From: Chloroflexota bacterium
GTDB lineage: Bacteria; Chloroflexota; UBA11872; VXOZ01
Direction of reading: 5' to 3'
NCBI GenBank assembly: GCA_022824225.1
Contig: JAJEAH010000046.1
Coordinates: 16,910 to 80,909 of the forward strand
Length of the DNA stretch: 64,000 nt
In this document: positions 20,791 through 30,654 of the stretch, in pieces
How the letters are laid out: every line of letters starts with the position of its first letter
Position numbering within the stretch: position 1 is the stretch's first letter
Notes under the pieces: generated by a model
What the model was told of the DNA's origin: nothing
The model's input: only the letters and a program-made list of their open reading frames with translations
The model's database searches: none
Program-made: the position numbers and the translations under genes

Positions 20791-21147
20791 ATCCAAACGG
20801 AGAAGATTAGGAAACAACGGGACTTCGCAGCAGTACTGGCACAGGGCCAAACGTGGTCGGCGCACACCGTCAATCTCGTCGTCAAGCCAAATGACCTCGC
20901 ACTGTGTCGATGCGGCTTCATCGCGTCTAAGCGTCTTGGTAACGCCGTTACCCGCAACCGCGTCCGGCGGCGTCTACGTGAATCGGTGCGAGCGCATCAT
21001 CCCCACGTCCGGGCGGGCATGGATCTCGTATTCATAGCGCGGCGGGGCGCCGCCCGCGCTTCCTTTTGGGAATTGAACGGGCACGTCCGCACGCTGCTGC
21101 GCCGCGCGCACCTGCTGCCACCGGAGTATGACCCGCATGGGCCGTAG
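20791..21147 (+). CDS. rnpA: RNase P protein component. The start codon is non-canonical or uncertain.
   Basis: Frame-1 translation gives ..[75 protein letters not shown]... The frame opens after TAA at 20779..20781. The first ATG, GTG or TTG comes only after the conserved KR..NAVxRNRxKR block. Candidate starts are ATC 20791, ATT 20806 and CTG 20836. Confidence 0.7.
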   Translation: MQTEKIRKQRDFAAVLAQGQTWSAHTVNLVVKPNDLALCRCGFIASKRLGNAVTRNRVRRRLRESVRAHHPHVRAGMDLVFIARRGAARASFWELNGHVRTLLRRAHLLPPEYDPHGP

Positions 21148-21466
21148 CATGGCAACGAGCACTGACGCGCAACGTCCGGCAACACGGGAAGGGCGCGGGG
21201 TTTCTCCGGGCAGCGCGGTGGCATTGCGCCTCATTCAAGCCTACCGTCTGGCGCTTTCGCCGTTCCTGCCGCCGAGTTGCCGCTATGCGCCGACGTGTTC
21301 GGAGTACTGGTACGACGCGATTCAGACGTATGGGCTGCTGCGGGGCGGCTGGCTGGGCGTCAAGCGCCTTGCGCGGTGCCACCCGTTCCACGCCGGCGGC
21401 GTGGACCCGGTACCCGAACCACCGCTGGCGGGGGAGCCGGCAAGACGCCCCGATCGTCACGCGTAG
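21128..21466 (+). CDS. yidD: Membrane protein insertion efficiency factor YidD
   Basis: Motifs [27 protein letters not shown] and [17 protein letters not shown]. Overlaps the end of rnpA. Confidence 0.85.
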   Translation: MTRMGRSMATSTDAQRPATREGRGVSPGSAVALRLIQAYRLALSPFLPPSCRYAPTCSEYWYDAIQTYGLLRGGWLGVKRLARCHPFHAGGVDPVPEPPLAGEPARRPDRHA

Positions 21467-21579
21467 CCATGGCACACTTGCCCCCACGGCGGCGGCGCGG
21501 ACGTGCGTGCGTTCACCGGAACCAGCGGGACCCCGGCGCCGCACCGCAGACTAGCGACATTTTGCGATGTACATGAGGA

Positions 21580-22668
21580 TTGAAGGCGGTTCCATCTGTG
21601 GACTTCTTTAGCACGCTCTGGAACGACATACTGGTCGGCGGGCTGCAAAGCGGATTGCTGGCGCTCAACGACCTTACCGGCAGCTTCGGCATTGCCATCA
21701 TCCTCTTCACCCTCATCGTTCGCCTGGTCCTCTTTCCCCTGAGCCTTACGAGCCTGCGTTCGTCGCGCCGCATGCAGTTGCTGGCCCCGCGCATCAAGGA
21801 GTTGCAGAAGCAGCACAAGGGCGACCGCCAAGCCATGGGCCAAGCGCAGATGGAGTTGTATAAGCAACACGGCGTAAACCCGTTGATGGGCTGCTTGCCC
21901 ATGCTGGCGCAACTCCCCGTCCTGTTCGCCCTCTACTGGGCCATCATCAACGTCACGAACAATAGCGCCGAACTGGAGATGGCGTTTCTTTGGATCGCGA
22001 GTCTGGCGGTGCCGGACGTGTGGCTGCCGCCGGGAATCGACCTGCCATTCAAGCTGCCGGGCGTCTTGGCGTTGACCGCGGGCGCTACGCAGTTCGTGGT
22101 GCAACGCATGATGATGAACCGCGCGGTGCAAGACCCGCAACAACAGATGGTCCAGAACGTGATGCAGTTCATGCCCATCATGATCGTCTTCTTTGCCATG
22201 CAGTTTCCGGCTGGTCTTGCTCTATACTGGGTGGTATCCAACATCTTCAGCATCGGACAGCAGTGGGTCATCATGCGGGACAAGAGCCTGAGCGCGCCGG
22301 CCGGCACGGCCGCGGCTGCCGCCAGTCCGGCAAGCGAGACGAGCAAGGCTACCCCCGCGCCAGCCCCGTCGCCGAAGTCCGCAAAACAAGCGCCGACGGC
22401 CGCCAAGAACAAGGATGCGGCAGCAGCGCAAGTACCCGCGCCGCCGCAACAGGAACAAGCAGCGGCCCGAGGCGGAGGTCTGCTCGGCGGCCTCTCACTG
22501 GGGGGCCTAAACCGCTCGAGCATACCGGAGTTGACAGAGACGACTCTACAAGAACTCGGCCTGGATAACGCCGACGACCGGGACAACGGCGCCGCGAAAC
22601 AGGGGTCCAAGAGCGGATCGTCCAGGTCGCGCAAGAGGGAGAAGAAAAAAGGTGGCGGAAAGCGTTGA
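21580..22668 (+). CDS. yidC: Membrane protein insertase YidC (short form) with a basic C-terminal tail
   Basis: Motif LYKQHGVNPLMGCLPMLAQLPVLFALYWAI. Tail RSRKREKKKGGGKR. TTG start at 20580 equivalent is 21580; GTG 21598 is an alternative. Confidence 0.9.
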   Translation: MKAVPSVDFFSTLWNDILVGGLQSGLLALNDLTGSFGIAIILFTLIVRLVLFPLSLTSLRSSRRMQLLAPRIKELQKQHKGDRQAMGQAQMELYKQHGVNPLMGCLPMLAQLPVLFALYWAIINVTNNSAELEMAFLWIASLAVPDVWLPPGIDLPFKLPGVLALTAGATQFVVQRMMMNRAVQDPQQQMVQNVMQFMPIMIVFFAMQFPAGLALYWVVSNIFSIGQQWVIMRDKSLSAPAGTAAAAASPASETSKATPAPAPSPKSAKQAPTAAKNKDAAAAQVPAPPQQEQAAARGGGLLGGLSLGGLNRSSIPELTETTLQELGLDNADDRDNGAAKQGSKSGSSRSRKREKKKGGGKR

Positions 22669-23386
22669 AGCAACTGGCAAAACGGTCGAAGACGCAATTC
22701 AAAATGCGCTCGAAGAACTCGGCGCTCAACGTGACGCCGTAACGGTACGCGTGCTGAGCGCAGGCACCGGCGGCCTCTTTGGCATCGGCGGTGAGGAAAC
22801 ACGGGTCTTGGTTGAGCTAAAGCCGGAAGGCGCTGACGAAGAAGAGACCGGGGAAGAAACACAGGTAGAGGCGGCTGCCCCTGAACCGGCAGCGGAAACC
22901 TCCGACCTGCCGCTCTCGCAAGAGCAGCTTGACGACGCCATGGAGTTGCTGCGGGAATTCTTCCACCATCTCGGCAGCTCTGTCGCGATCGAGGTGACGG
23001 GGACCGAACCCTTGCGGCTCAACGTGACCGGTGACGGCACCGATACGCTCATTGGCAAGCGTGGGGCGACGCTGCGGTCAATCCAGTTTCTCTACAACCT
23101 GATGCTGACGAAGCAACTCGGCCAGCACGACTTGGTGGTGGTGGATATTGCCGGCTACCGCCAGCGGCGTGAGGACTTGCTGATCGGCATGGCGCGCCGC
23201 CTGGCCGACCTGGTGCGCGAGAACGGCAGGCCGATCACGCTGGAGGCCATGCCGCCCCACGAGCGGCGCATCATCCATCTCACCCTGGCGGAAGACGAGG
23301 ACGTGGAAACGCATTCCACCGGAACAGGCGACGAGCGCCGTGTGGTGATCGAGACCAAGCCGGACGCGGCGGGCGAGCAAGAGTAA
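22652..23386 (+). CDS. khpB: Jag/KhpB RNA-binding protein (Jag_N + KH + R3H)
   Basis: N-terminus ATGKTVEDAIQNALEELG. R3H region ERRIIHLTLAEDEDVETHSTGTGDERRVVI. Overlaps the yidC stop by 17 nt. Confidence 0.85.
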   Translation: MAESVEATGKTVEDAIQNALEELGAQRDAVTVRVLSAGTGGLFGIGGEETRVLVELKPEGADEEETGEETQVEAAAPEPAAETSDLPLSQEQLDDAMELLREFFHHLGSSVAIEVTGTEPLRLNVTGDGTDTLIGKRGATLRSIQFLYNLMLTKQLGQHDLVVVDIAGYRQRREDLLIGMARRLADLVRENGRPITLEAMPPHERRIIHLTLAEDEDVETHSTGTGDERRVVIETKPDAAGEQE

Positions 23387-23550
23387 CGCCGGCGCCCGCC
23401 ATAGGACGAATGACTCGCGGCACGCCAAGCCACGGCGCAGACAGAGCGGCTGCCCACGCAAAGCAGCAGCGCGTCGGACTGCCCGCGTGCGCAGCGGGCG
23501 CGGATAGGCTGGCTAAGCCACCTGAGGCAGCACGCGCGGCGAGCCGCAAT

Positions 23551-23770
23551 CCGCGATTGGTAGGTATTGACTTAGGCTGCACAGGTATGGGTGTCAACGT
23601 GAATGGCTGCTCCCCGAATTGTCATTCTGAGGAGTGCAGCGACGAAGAATCTAGTGTCGGGAGCACTTCAGATTCCGCGTCTTTGACGAAGTCAGCGAAC
23701 CCTGTTCGATGCTGCGCTCGGAATGACATGAGATCTAGCCCAACAAGGTGATCAAGTCAAGAGCTACTGA
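23551..23770 (-). mobile_element. Composite ~220-bp dispersed repeat, copy 2 of 3 (inverted relative to copy 1)
   Basis: The reverse complement aligns end to end with 11838..12058 with only a few substitutions. Confidence 0.7.
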
Positions 23771-23822
23771 TTCCCCCGCAATCGCTACTTGCGCATCCCC
23801 GGCACTGGTGTAGCGTCTCCCG

Positions 23823-24626
23823 CTATTCCGCTGGCGCCAGCCGCACGCTGGCCTCGCCTGCCGCGAACCGGCGCACCTCGCCGTCGCCAAGCCGCAGGCA
23901 GAGACAGCCGTCGCGGTCATGGTCCACCACCAAGCCCTGGTACGCCGCACCGCCCACGACCACGCGCACGGTTTCACCCATGAGATACGCACCGGCGCGC
24001 CACGCCCGCCACACGTCATCCGGCGCTGCTTGCCACTGCGCGTACCATTGCTCGAACGATTGCAGGCACGCAACCAGCAGCGCTTCCCTAGCCACCGGAC
24101 CGTTCGCTTCATCCGCCACGGTGGTCAGCGGCTGCTCGACGTCGATTGCGGCAGCGGAGAAATTCACGTTCACGCCTGCGCCGACAACGATACCGCGGCG
24201 TGTGGTTTCGGCCAGCAGACCTCCCACTTTGCGCCCCCGGACCACGAGATCATTGGGCCACTTGATGGCGGTGCACACATCCGCTTCCTGGCGCAGAGCC
24301 GCTTGGAGGGCTACCGCGAGCGGCCAAAGGACGTGGGGCCACTGCGCGGGCGGCAACGCCGGGCGCAAGAGAAGCGAGAAGAGCAGGCACGTACGCGGCG
24401 GCGCCAGCCACACGCGGCCCTGCCTGCCCCGGCCCGCCGTCTGGGCGTCCGCCACGACCACCGTCCCGGCTACGGCCCCGGCCCGCGCGAGAGCGTGGCA
24501 AAAGTCCATCGTGGAATCGACCGTCTCGCGATAGACGACACGGCGGCCGACCCGCTGTCCCCGTAGAGCCTGGGCAATGCGCCACCATTGCAGCGGACGG
24601 AGAGTCTCATCCGCCCCCACGCTCAT
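23823..24626 (-). CDS. birA: Biotin--[acetyl-CoA-carboxylase] ligase (no N-terminal HTH)
   Basis: Motifs QTAGRGRQGRVWLAPP and KWPNDLVV..RKVGGLL; 267 aa. Confidence 0.85.
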   Translation of the reverse strand: MSVGADETLRPLQWWRIAQALRGQRVGRRVVYRETVDSTMDFCHALARAGAVAGTVVVADAQTAGRGRQGRVWLAPPRTCLLFSLLLRPALPPAQWPHVLWPLAVALQAALRQEADVCTAIKWPNDLVVRGRKVGGLLAETTRRGIVVGAGVNVNFSAAAIDVEQPLTTVADEANGPVAREALLVACLQSFEQWYAQWQAAPDDVWRAWRAGAYLMGETVRVVVGGAAYQGLVVDHDRDGCLCLRLGDGEVRRFAAGEASVRLAPAE

Positions 24627-24773
24627 TGACCCCGGCGTCGGTGTCTCTCAACCGCGCCGGGTCTCCGCGCCAGCGCGCGACCTTGCGGCAATTCCCCGGA
24701 CGTAGTCATTGTTCTGCTCCTCCAACTCGCCGCCACAACCCCTGAGAGCCTGATTTCAATCATCTTGTCTGCA

Positions 24774-24898
24774 CGAACACCGTTCGCACTGAGCTTGTCG
24801 AACACCGTTCGCACTGTACTTGGCGAACACCGTTCGCACTGTACTTGGCGAACACCGTTCGCACTGAGCTTGTCGAAGTGCTCAGCACAAACGGTCTT
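24774..24898 (+). repeat. 25-bp tandem repeat (4 units plus the terminal hairpin half) of the 'FDKLSANG' family
   Basis: CGAACACCGTTCGCACTG(AG/TA)CTTG(T/G) starts at 24774, 24799, 24824 and 24849. The array ends in CGAAGTGCTCAGCACAAACGG. Confidence 0.9.
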
Positions 24899-25065
24899 CA
24901 TCAGGCTTGTAAACCACTCTAAGAAGATCGCAAACAGGCTTTAAGCTAGGCGCGGCCGCTGCGCGCGGTACGGGCCACTGCTCCGGTCAGCGCAGCATCG
25001 CAGCCCCACTCACTTGATCGCCCCCGCGCGCCGCGCACCCAAAGACGGACACGCCCCATGCTATA

Positions 25066-26574
25066 GTGAATCCCATGGTAGAACACTGGCGTGCGCATTC
25101 CCACCGGTTTCAGTTGCGGCAACGCGCCGACGCGCGGCGCTGGCGGCTCCTGGCCATCGCAGGCGTCCCCGCGTTGCTGCTTGCGGCGTGGCTACTGCCG
25201 CCGTTGTGGCTATTCCTCGGGATTGGCGGGGTTGCGGTAACGGCGCTGGTTCTCGCCCATCCGGCGTTCGGGGTCGGCATACTGCTCCTCACCGTCCCGT
25301 TCGGCAGCCTCCGCACGATCAGCCTACCGGACAACGTCGACCTCACCGTCAATGAGCCCCTGGTGGCCCTGATCGGTCTATCGTGGCTGGCGGGCATGGT
25401 CTCAGGCCGCTGGCGCGCGCCCGCGCTGCCAGCCCTGGCTATACCTATAGCGCTCGTGCTCGTGCCCATGAGCATGTCTGCCATCGTCGCGGAAAGTCTG
25501 CTGCTCAGCATCAAGGAACTCAGCAAGTGGTCCGAACTCTTGGTAGTCTACCTGGTCACCGCCACCACTGTACGCGACCGCCGCGTGCTGTTCGGGTTGG
25601 TGGGCGTATTGTTGTTGGCGGCGTTGGCCGAGGTCGGCATTGGCTTGCTGCAAGTAGGGCTGCGCCTCGGGCCGCCCCACTTTCTGGCCGGGGGAGTCCT
25701 GATGCGGGCGCACGGCACCTTCGCGCAGCCAAATCCCTACGGCGGCTATCTGGCGCTGGTCCTGCCCGTCGCGCTGGCCGCCGCCCTCGCCGCGCCCCAT
25801 CCTCGCCTGCGTCTGTTGGCCTGGGGTGTGACTATGGCGCTCGCTGTGGGCATTCTGCTCAGCCTCTCCCGTGGGGCGTGGTTGGGCGCGCTGGCAGCGG
25901 TGAGTGTGGTGTGGCTGCTGGAAAGCCAGCGCAGCCGGCTACACGCCATCGCGCTGGCGTACGTTGGGCTCACGGCGACGCTGGCCGCCCTGGTGCTCGG
26001 CATCGTGCCGGAAGCCATCCTGGCGCGGGTGACCGATCTCTTCGTGTTCGGCACGCGCCTGGCGCAGGAGTTGCGCGCCGGCCCCAATGCCGACAATTGG
26101 GCCATTCTGGAGCGCGTTTCCCAGTGGTACGCCGGCTGGCAGATGTTCGCGGATAATCCCATACTGGGTGTGGGTATCGGCAACTATCCCAAAGCCTATG
26201 AGACGTATGCCCTGCCCGGCTGGCCCACCGGCGTCGGCCACGCCCACAACTACTACCTGAATCTGGCGGCAGAAGGCGGCTTGGTGACGTTTGCCGCTTT
26301 CATCCTCTTCCTGTTCCTGGCGTGGCGCTTGGCCGCGGTCACGTGGCGGCGCGCTCAGGACCCGTTGGGCCGCGCGCTCGGGCTCGGGCTCATGGGCAGT
26401 CTGGCGGCCTTCTGCGCTCAGGGGCTGGTGGACAGCCTCTTCGTGCACAGCATCGGCATCCTGTTGGGAATACTCTTTGGGCTGCTCTCGGCATTGGGGC
26501 GGGCCGATTCCAGGGCAGAATCCTCAATCAACCCTCGAGAGGACGCCCACAGCCGCTTGCAGGGGTCGGATTGA
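25066..26574 (+). CDS. O-antigen ligase/polymerase-like (Wzy_C) polytopic membrane protein
   Basis: About 12 hydrophobic segments. Motif LSLSRGAWLGALAAV and the loop HAHNYYLNLAAEGG. Confidence 0.6.
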   Translation: MNPMVEHWRAHSHRFQLRQRADARRWRLLAIAGVPALLLAAWLLPPLWLFLGIGGVAVTALVLAHPAFGVGILLLTVPFGSLRTISLPDNVDLTVNEPLVALIGLSWLAGMVSGRWRAPALPALAIPIALVLVPMSMSAIVAESLLLSIKELSKWSELLVVYLVTATTVRDRRVLFGLVGVLLLAALAEVGIGLLQVGLRLGPPHFLAGGVLMRAHGTFAQPNPYGGYLALVLPVALAAALAAPHPRLRLLAWGVTMALAVGILLSLSRGAWLGALAAVSVVWLLESQRSRLHAIALAYVGLTATLAALVLGIVPEAILARVTDLFVFGTRLAQELRAGPNADNWAILERVSQWYAGWQMFADNPILGVGIGNYPKAYETYALPGWPTGVGHAHNYYLNLAAEGGLVTFAAFILFLFLAWRLAAVTWRRAQDPLGRALGLGLMGSLAAFCAQGLVDSLFVHSIGILLGILFGLLSALGRADSRAESSINPREDAHSRLQGSD

Positions 26575-26780
26575 GCTTGCCGCCGCTGTGCGGCGGCGCG
26601 ACGTTGCCAACGCGCCGGAGTTTTCAGCGCCTGCGTCAGCCAGCGACTGAGCCCGGCGTTCCGTGCAGCCCGCGTCCACCGGCGCCGCAAACGCCCAAGG
26701 CCCGTCCAACACAGCCTTCCGCACATACTCTACATGCGTCTGCATGCGCGATGGCGTAGCTGCGCAGCCGGCCGGAGCGC

Positions 26781-27956
26781 CTAGCCCCGCAGACGGTCCA
26801 ACGCCGTGCGGGCTTGGTCCATCATCTGTTCCGAGGCGGGTATCAAGAGCACGCGCTCGTAGTCGGCAATCGCGCGTTGGGTTTCGCCCTGCCGCTCGTA
26901 GATTTCGCCGCGCTGCAAGAGCGCCTGCCCCAAGCCGGGGTCGATGTCCAGGGCCCTATCCAAGTCACGCAACGCTTGCGTGTCGTTGTCCTGAGCCGCG
27001 AGAATCGCCGCACGGGTCACGAGGAAGCGCGGATCGTCTGGGGCAAGGTCGATGGCCCGGTTCGCGTCGTCCAGCGCCTGGGGAAGCTGCCCCATGTCCA
27101 GATACACGTCGGCGCGGGCCGCATACGGCTCCGGCGTCTGCGGCGATATATTCACCGCCTGTTGCAAGTCTATGAGCGCTTCTTCGTAGCGTTCCAGCTC
27201 CTGGAAGATGCCCGCGCGGGCAACGTAGGGCTCCGGCTGCTCCGGCGCGAGTTCAACGGTCTTATTGAGATCGAGCAATGCGGCGTCCAGGTTACCGGCA
27301 ACTTGCTGCACCAGACCGCGCACGTAGTACGCTTCGGCATACACATCGCTGATCTCGATGGCTCGCGTCAGGTCATCGATAGCACCCTGGTAGTCGTTGC
27401 GGGTCAGGCGCAGGCTCGCCCGGCGGAAATAGAGTTCCGGATTCTCCGGATTCAGGCGTATGGCCGCGCCCACGTCGGCCAGGGCGTCGTCCAGACGATT
27501 CTGCGCATAGTAGATAGACGCCCGCGCCAAATACGCTTCCACGAAGTTTGGGTCGATTTCGATTAACCGGGTGAGGTCGTTCAACGCGCCCTGCAAATTG
27601 CCGGTGTTGAGATAGATGCCGGCGCGGAAGAAAACGTGATTCGGTTCGTTGGGATCTCGCTCGATGGCACGGTCGATGTCCCGCAGCGCACTCTCGATGT
27701 CCCCCAATTGCACGTGCACGATGGCGCGCTGGTGGTAGGGCTGGGACCTATCGGAGTAGTTGTCTATGACCTCATTGTAGATCTCCATGGCCGCATCGAG
27801 ATCGCCCACTTGCAGGGCTTCATCCCCCTGCGCCATGAGTTCCTCATAGCTGGCGCCGCTACCGGAAAAGAACGGCAGGCTCGGCGCGCACGCGCTCAGC
27901 ATGAGCGTCAGCAACACACCGGCCAGAGCGAACCGCAACCACCCCCGTACGCGCAT
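26781..27956 (-). CDS. TPR-repeat lipoprotein
   Basis: Lipobox LMLSAC, followed by about nine 34-aa TPR units (A..Y..RA..Y...G....A..D...AI...P). Confidence 0.75.
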   Translation of the reverse strand: MRVRGWLRFALAGVLLTLMLSACAPSLPFFSGSGASYEELMAQGDEALQVGDLDAAMEIYNEVIDNYSDRSQPYHQRAIVHVQLGDIESALRDIDRAIERDPNEPNHVFFRAGIYLNTGNLQGALNDLTRLIEIDPNFVEAYLARASIYYAQNRLDDALADVGAAIRLNPENPELYFRRASLRLTRNDYQGAIDDLTRAIEISDVYAEAYYVRGLVQQVAGNLDAALLDLNKTVELAPEQPEPYVARAGIFQELERYEEALIDLQQAVNISPQTPEPYAARADVYLDMGQLPQALDDANRAIDLAPDDPRFLVTRAAILAAQDNDTQALRDLDRALDIDPGLGQALLQRGEIYERQGETQRAIADYERVLLIPASEQMMDQARTALDRLRG

Positions 27957-28214
27957 ACGACTTCACGCTCGCTTTCCACTGCCGAGTTGACTTAATCTCC
28001 ATTCTACCACTCACTGCGCGGCAACGGCGCAGCACAGCCGGCTGCGGGCCCGCCGGGCGCGGGGCCAAAGCGCGTCGCCTCAAGCGCGCCGGGCGGCGAA
28101 AAATCGCCATTCCGGCTCGCGGCTAGACGCGCCAAAGGGACTGTTCGGCGGGCCGCCCGGCGCTACCGGGCAACAAGCGACCGCCCGGCGGGAGTGAGCG
28201 CCATGCGCAGAGAC

Positions 28215-28259
28215 GGCCAAGCGCGCGGTTTCATTCGCAAGATAACCGCGCGCTTGGCC
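28215..28259. other. Hairpin with a 16-bp perfect stem between the FAH stop and the TPR-gene start
   Basis: GGCCAAGCGCGCGGTT-tcattcgcaagat-AACCGCGCGCTTGGCC. No U-tract on either strand. Confidence 0.6.
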
Positions 28260-28330
28260 GTTGCACCAATTCTCGCAGCCGTGGACTAGCCGATAGTCGG
28301 CTAGTCGATTACGGGCTGTCCGATCGCGGA

Positions 28331-29272
28331 CTAGCCGACTACGGGATTGCGGAGCGTCCCCAGCCGCTCGATGGTACCTTCAATCAGGTCGCCGTCCTGG
28401 AGGGAAGCCCCGGCGGCTGCGCCGACGCCCGCCGGCGTGCCGGTTGAGATGATGTCCCCGGGCTCCAGCGTAAGGATGCGGGTAACGTACGCGATGAGCT
28501 CGAAGCAGTTGAAGATCATTTGGCCGGTATTGCCCCGCTGCCGCTCGATGCCGTTGACGCTTAGCGACATTGCCAGGTTGTGGGGATCGGGAATTTCATC
28601 CGCCGTGGCGATGTAGGGACCCATGGGGCCGTGGGTATCGAACCACTTGCCGTTCAGCCAGTCGAAGTAGTCGTCCATCTCCCGCTCCTGCCGCTCCCAG
28701 GGCAGGTCGAGATCACGGGACGAAATGTCGTTGAAGATGGTGTAGCCGGCCACGTGCTTGGGCGCGTCTTCGGCGGATATATCGCGGCCGGCCGTGCCGA
28801 TGACGGCGGCCAGTTCCAGTTCCCAGTCCACGTTGGCTGACATGTCCCAGAGCCGCACCGGCTGGTTTTGTCCCACCAGCACCGAGTTGGGCTTCCAGAA
28901 GAAGCGGGGCGTCTGCTGCGACTTCTCCGGCGGTTCATCGCCGCCCTCGCGAATGTGGTCGGCGAAGTTCCCGGCAAGGCAGATGATCTTGCCCGGCTGC
29001 TGGATGGGCGGCAAGAGGCTCACCTCTGTGGCGCTGTGGGCATAGTCCGCGCCGCTGCCGCGCTCCCGGGCAAAGCCCAAGACGCGGCGGGCCTGACCCA
29101 GGCCGACGTCGCCCATTTCCAGCAGCGCTTTCACGTCGTTCGGCAGCTTGGCGCCCACCGCCCCGGCCTGCGCCGTAAAGGCGTCGGCAGCGCCCTGCAC
29201 GTCGTATACGGTGTCGCCGTCGAGCAGTCCCGCGCGCGCGCCGCCGCCGTTCTCATACGTAACTAATCTCAT
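28331..29272 (-). CDS. Fumarylacetoacetate hydrolase (FAH) family protein
   Basis: Motifs KIICLAGNFADH, ELELAAVIG and GDIISTGTPAGVG. AAGGAGAAAG RBS. Confidence 0.85.
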   Translation of the reverse strand: MRLVTYENGGGARAGLLDGDTVYDVQGAADAFTAQAGAVGAKLPNDVKALLEMGDVGLGQARRVLGFARERGSGADYAHSATEVSLLPPIQQPGKIICLAGNFADHIREGGDEPPEKSQQTPRFFWKPNSVLVGQNQPVRLWDMSANVDWELELAAVIGTAGRDISAEDAPKHVAGYTIFNDISSRDLDLPWERQEREMDDYFDWLNGKWFDTHGPMGPYIATADEIPDPHNLAMSLSVNGIERQRGNTGQMIFNCFELIAYVTRILTLEPGDIISTGTPAGVGAAAGASLQDGDLIEGTIERLGTLRNPVVG

Positions 29273-29601
29273 TCTTGCTGCTTTCTCCTTGCCCTGCGCA
29301 ACTTGAGCACATCGATTACTGTGAATCTGCCAGCCTCTGCCGTGCGCGGCAGTCTAAGCCAATACCTACCGCCCGACCCGGCGGCCACGCCACCTAGCGG
29401 GGGCCGCGACTGCCCCCGGATGCCTAGCCGCACCGGTTCCGGATCTGGGCTCGCACTACTGTATACCATACTGCGGCGGACGGCACAGCGCACCAAGGTT
29501 GCCGCCGCGGGCCCCCGCGGCGCTTTGTCTCGCGTCATCCTGCCCAGTATACTGACAGCACACTGCGCAACGTCGTCAATCGCTAGCGAGGTGATGCAAT
29601 C

Positions 29602-30585
29602 GTGACTCCTATCCGCTGCGCCGTTCTAGGCACCGGGCATTCGCACGCGCTCGGCAAGCTCAGTGTGCTGCGCGACTCGCCTGAGTGGGAACTCGTGGGC
29701 GTATGCGAGCCGGACGCCGCCTGGCGTGAGCGTCGGCGGTCCGACGCAGCTTGGCAGGGACTGCGGTGGCTCGACGAGGTCGACGCGCTCGGCGATCCGA
29801 GCATCCGCATGATCGCGGTCGAGAGCGAGGTGCCGCAGTTATTGCCCTTGGGTGAGAAAGCCATTGCCGCCGGCAAGCACATCCACCTGGACAAACCGGC
29901 GGGTACGGACCTGCCCCGGTGGCGGGCGCTGCTGGCGAACGCCGAACGGCAGGACCTCATCATCCAGATGGGCTACATGTTCCGCTACAATCCCGGCTTC
30001 AACCTGGTGCGGCAGGCCGTGCGCGAGGGCTGGCTTGGCGACGTGCACTACGTACGCGGCGGCATCAACTCGGCGAGCGATCCCGCCAACCGCGAGCGGC
30101 TGTCGCACTATCCCGGCGGCATCATGCTGGAATTGGGCTGCCACCTGCTCGACATGGTCACGCTGATCTTGGGCCGGCCGGAGAACGTAACGCCGTTTCT
30201 GCGCGCGGACGGGCAGTTCGACGTCGCCATGCAGGACAACACCGTGGCCGTGCTGGAATTCGCTCAGGCGGTGGGCATCATCGAGAGTTCGTTCCTGGAG
30301 CAAGGCTCGCAGGACCGGCGCCACTTCGCCGTGTGCGGCAGCGAAGGCAGCATTGTCCTGACTCCTCTGGAGCCCCCGGCGGGCCGCCTCTTCCTGAACG
30401 AGCCGCGCGGCGGCTACCAGGCCGGCTGGCAGGATGTTCCCTTCGAGAACATCCCGCGCTACGAGCGCGACTTGGCGGAACTCGCCGCCTGCATCCGCGG
30501 CGAGAAAGCGTTTCTCTACACCAAAGAGCATGACTACATCACGCAGGAAACCGTCCTGCGGGCGTGCGGGCACACCGGCGACTAG
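29602..30585 (+). CDS. Gfo/Idh/MocA-family oxidoreductase
   Basis: Motifs IRCAVLGTGHSHA and HIHLDKPAG; 327 aa. Confidence 0.75.
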   Translation: MTPIRCAVLGTGHSHALGKLSVLRDSPEWELVGVCEPDAAWRERRRSDAAWQGLRWLDEVDALGDPSIRMIAVESEVPQLLPLGEKAIAAGKHIHLDKPAGTDLPRWRALLANAERQDLIIQMGYMFRYNPGFNLVRQAVREGWLGDVHYVRGGINSASDPANRERLSHYPGGIMLELGCHLLDMVTLILGRPENVTPFLRADGQFDVAMQDNTVAVLEFAQAVGIIESSFLEQGSQDRRHFAVCGSEGSIVLTPLEPPAGRLFLNEPRGGYQAGWQDVPFENIPRYERDLAELAACIRGEKAFLYTKEHDYITQETVLRACGHTGD

Positions 30586-30654
30586 GCATAGGTCGCCGGT
30601 GGTGTCCGTGATGCGCATTGGGCACGTCTTGACTACCACCCTGAGAGCAATGCA

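Noticed and set aside
23410-23751. 113-aa ORF (and its twin at 11858..12049) ending ..CHSEECSDEES..SANPVRCCARNDMRSSPTR
   Set aside because: The conserved part is the translation of the three-copy composite repeat, read in opposite genomic orientations. The conservation reflects the DNA element, not a protein.
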